64,000 nucleotides of DNA from Actinomycetota bacterium. Lineage in GTDB: Bacteria; Actinomycetota; UBA4738; HRBIN12. The notes beneath the pieces were generated by a model that did not search any database, was not told where the DNA came from, and worked only from the letters and a program-made list of their open reading frames with translations. This document shows positions 62,955 through 64,000 of this stretch, piece after piece. Location: assembly GCA_035762085.1 (NCBI GenBank), contig DASTPT010000033.1:292-64291 (forward strand). The letters are read 5' to 3'. The position numbers and the translations under genes are program-made. Position 1 is the stretch's first letter, and each line of letters starts with the position of its first letter.

Positions 62955-64000
62955 GTGAGCCAGGCGGTGTGCGAGCGATGCGGCGCGCCACTGCCCGATG
63001 GCGCCCGGTTCTGCCCGTCCTGCGGGTTCCCCGTCGGCGCGCCGCCCCCCGAGGAGCGCAAGGTCGTCACGGTCATCTTCGTCGACCTCGTGGGCTCGAC
63101 GAAGCTCTCCTCGCGGATCGATCCCGAGCGCTACCGCGAGGTCCTCGCCGCCTACTACCGCGTCGTGAGCGAGGAGCTCGAGTCGCTCCGTGGCCGCGCG
63201 GTGAACCTGGCCGGCGACGCCGTCGTCGGCGTCTTCGGCATCCCGCAGGCGCACGACGACGACGCCCTGCGGGCCGTGCGCGCCGGGCTCGCGCTCGTCG
63301 ACCGCATCGGGCGGGTGGGCGAGGCGCTCGCGCTGCCCTCGCCGCTCCGGGTCCGCGTCGGGATCAACACCGGCCCGGTCGCGATCGGCTCCGAGGCCTC
63401 GGAGCAGGGGCTGCTGTTCGGCGCGACCGTGAACCTCGCGGCGAGGATCCAGCAGGCGGCCCGCCCCGGCGGGGTGCTGGTCGCCGAGACGAGCTGGCTG
63501 CTGACCGTCGAGCACGTTGAGTACGGCGAGCCCCTGCGGATCGAGGCCCGAGGGTTCGACGACGTCCCGACCGCGTGGCCGGCGCTGCGGCTGGCGCCAC
63601 GGACCTCGCGACGAACGATCCCGCTCGTGGACCGCCGGCGCGAGCTCCGGCTGCTGACCGACACCTTCGAGGGCGTGCGCGAGACGGCCCGCGGGCACCT
63701 GGTCACGCTGCTCGGCGAGCCCGGGATCGGCAAGAGCCGGGTGGCGCAGGAGTTCCTCGACCGACTGCCGGAGCCGACGACCGTGCTCGTCGGTCGCGCG
63801 AGCCCGTTCGGCGAGGACGTCACGTTCGCGCCGCTCGCGCAGATGCTCCTCGGCGTGATCGGCGAGGAAGCGGGCGCCACCGACGGACGCCTCCGCCAGG
63901 CTCTGGAGCGACTCGTCGAGGGGTGCTGCCCGCCGGAGGAGTCGGACACCGTCGCGGCGCGGCTCGGGATCGCGCTCGGCCTCGGCTCGAGGAGCCGGGA
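62955..64000 (+). CDS. Large regulatory protein, N-terminal part (extends past window): Zn-ribbon, class III adenylyl/guanylyl cyclase domain, AAA/NB-ARC ATPase P-loop.
   Basis: GTG start (~62955). CERCGAPLPDGARFCPSCG; VTVIFVDLVGSTKL...NLAGDAVVGVFG; LLGEPGIGKSRV. Confidence 0.7.
   Translation, partial: MSQAVCERCGAPLPDGARFCPSCGFPVGAPPPEERKVVTVIFVDLVGSTKLSSRIDPERYREVLAAYYRVVSEELESLRGRAVNLAGDAVVGVFGIPQAHDDDALRAVRAGLALVDRIGRVGEALALPSPLRVRVGINTGPVAIGSEASEQGLLFGATVNLAARIQQAARPGGVLVAETSWLLTVEHVEYGEPLRIEARGFDDVPTAWPALRLAPRTSRRTIPLVDRRRELRLLTDTFEGVRETARGHLVTLLGEPGIGKSRVAQEFLDRLPEPTTVLVGRASPFGEDVTFAPLAQMLLGVIGEEAGATDGRLRQALERLVEGCCPPEESDTVAARLGIALGLGSRSR

Overview
A 64-kb stretch of very high-GC (~70%+) chromosome from a Gram-positive, actinobacterium-like organism. 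The lineage call rests on the CIRCE-controlled groES-groEL operon with a His-rich GroEL tail, a class E sortase, an F420-type reductase, an LDH-like malate dehydrogenase, and several apparent leaderless mRNAs and ATGA/GTGA start-stop overlaps. No lineage-specific marker was seen, so lineage is inference.

Most of the window is core metabolism:
- (i) a fragment of an exopolysaccharide cluster (polysaccharide deacetylase, polyprenyl-phosphate sugar transferase, UDP-glucuronate decarboxylase, UDP-glucose dehydrogenase);
- (ii) three tandem paralogous secreted proteins with phytase-like/SdiA-regulated-type beta-propeller domains, one carrying extra PKD-like and jelly-roll-like C-terminal domains;
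- (iii) groES-groEL;
- (iv) an AP-superfamily phosphodiesterase translationally coupled to a stand-alone APS kinase;
- (v) guaB-like plus guaA;
- (vi) a class E sortase, and a pcrA helicase translationally coupled to an RTX-repeat metallophosphoesterase and a polytopic membrane protein;
- (vii) two tandem LipJ-like alpha/beta-hydrolase-adenylyl-cyclase fusion paralogs;
- (viii) a TCA/C1/purine block (sucCD, purN, purH, folD, metF-like, citrate synthase, mdh, two-subunit class I fumarase, sdhCDAB, and a split methylmalonyl-CoA-mutase-like enzyme whose B12-binding subunit sits 19 kb from the catalytic subunit);
- (ix) an orphan multi-TM sensor histidine kinase preceded by a 30-aa peptide ORF;
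- (x) accA plus birA;
- (xi) a K+ homeostasis cluster (TrkA-C regulator, CPA2 antiporter, RCK-gated channel with an atypical filter);
- (xii) an operon of two thiolase-fold proteins that apparently lack the nucleophilic Cys, together with two DUF35 Zn-ribbon/OB-fold domains and a VOC protein (Ltp2/ChsH2-like retro-aldolase logic);
- (xiii) the start of a large Zn-ribbon/cyclase/AAA regulator.

No rRNA, tRNA, CRISPR, transposase or integrase was detected. The most unusual items are (xii), (vii), (ii), (vi), a repeat-rich structured noncoding segment after groEL, and recurring TAGACT/TAGAAT -10-like hexamers immediately upstream of start codons. Internal start coordinates are derived from the ORF track by codon arithmetic and may be off by a codon or so.
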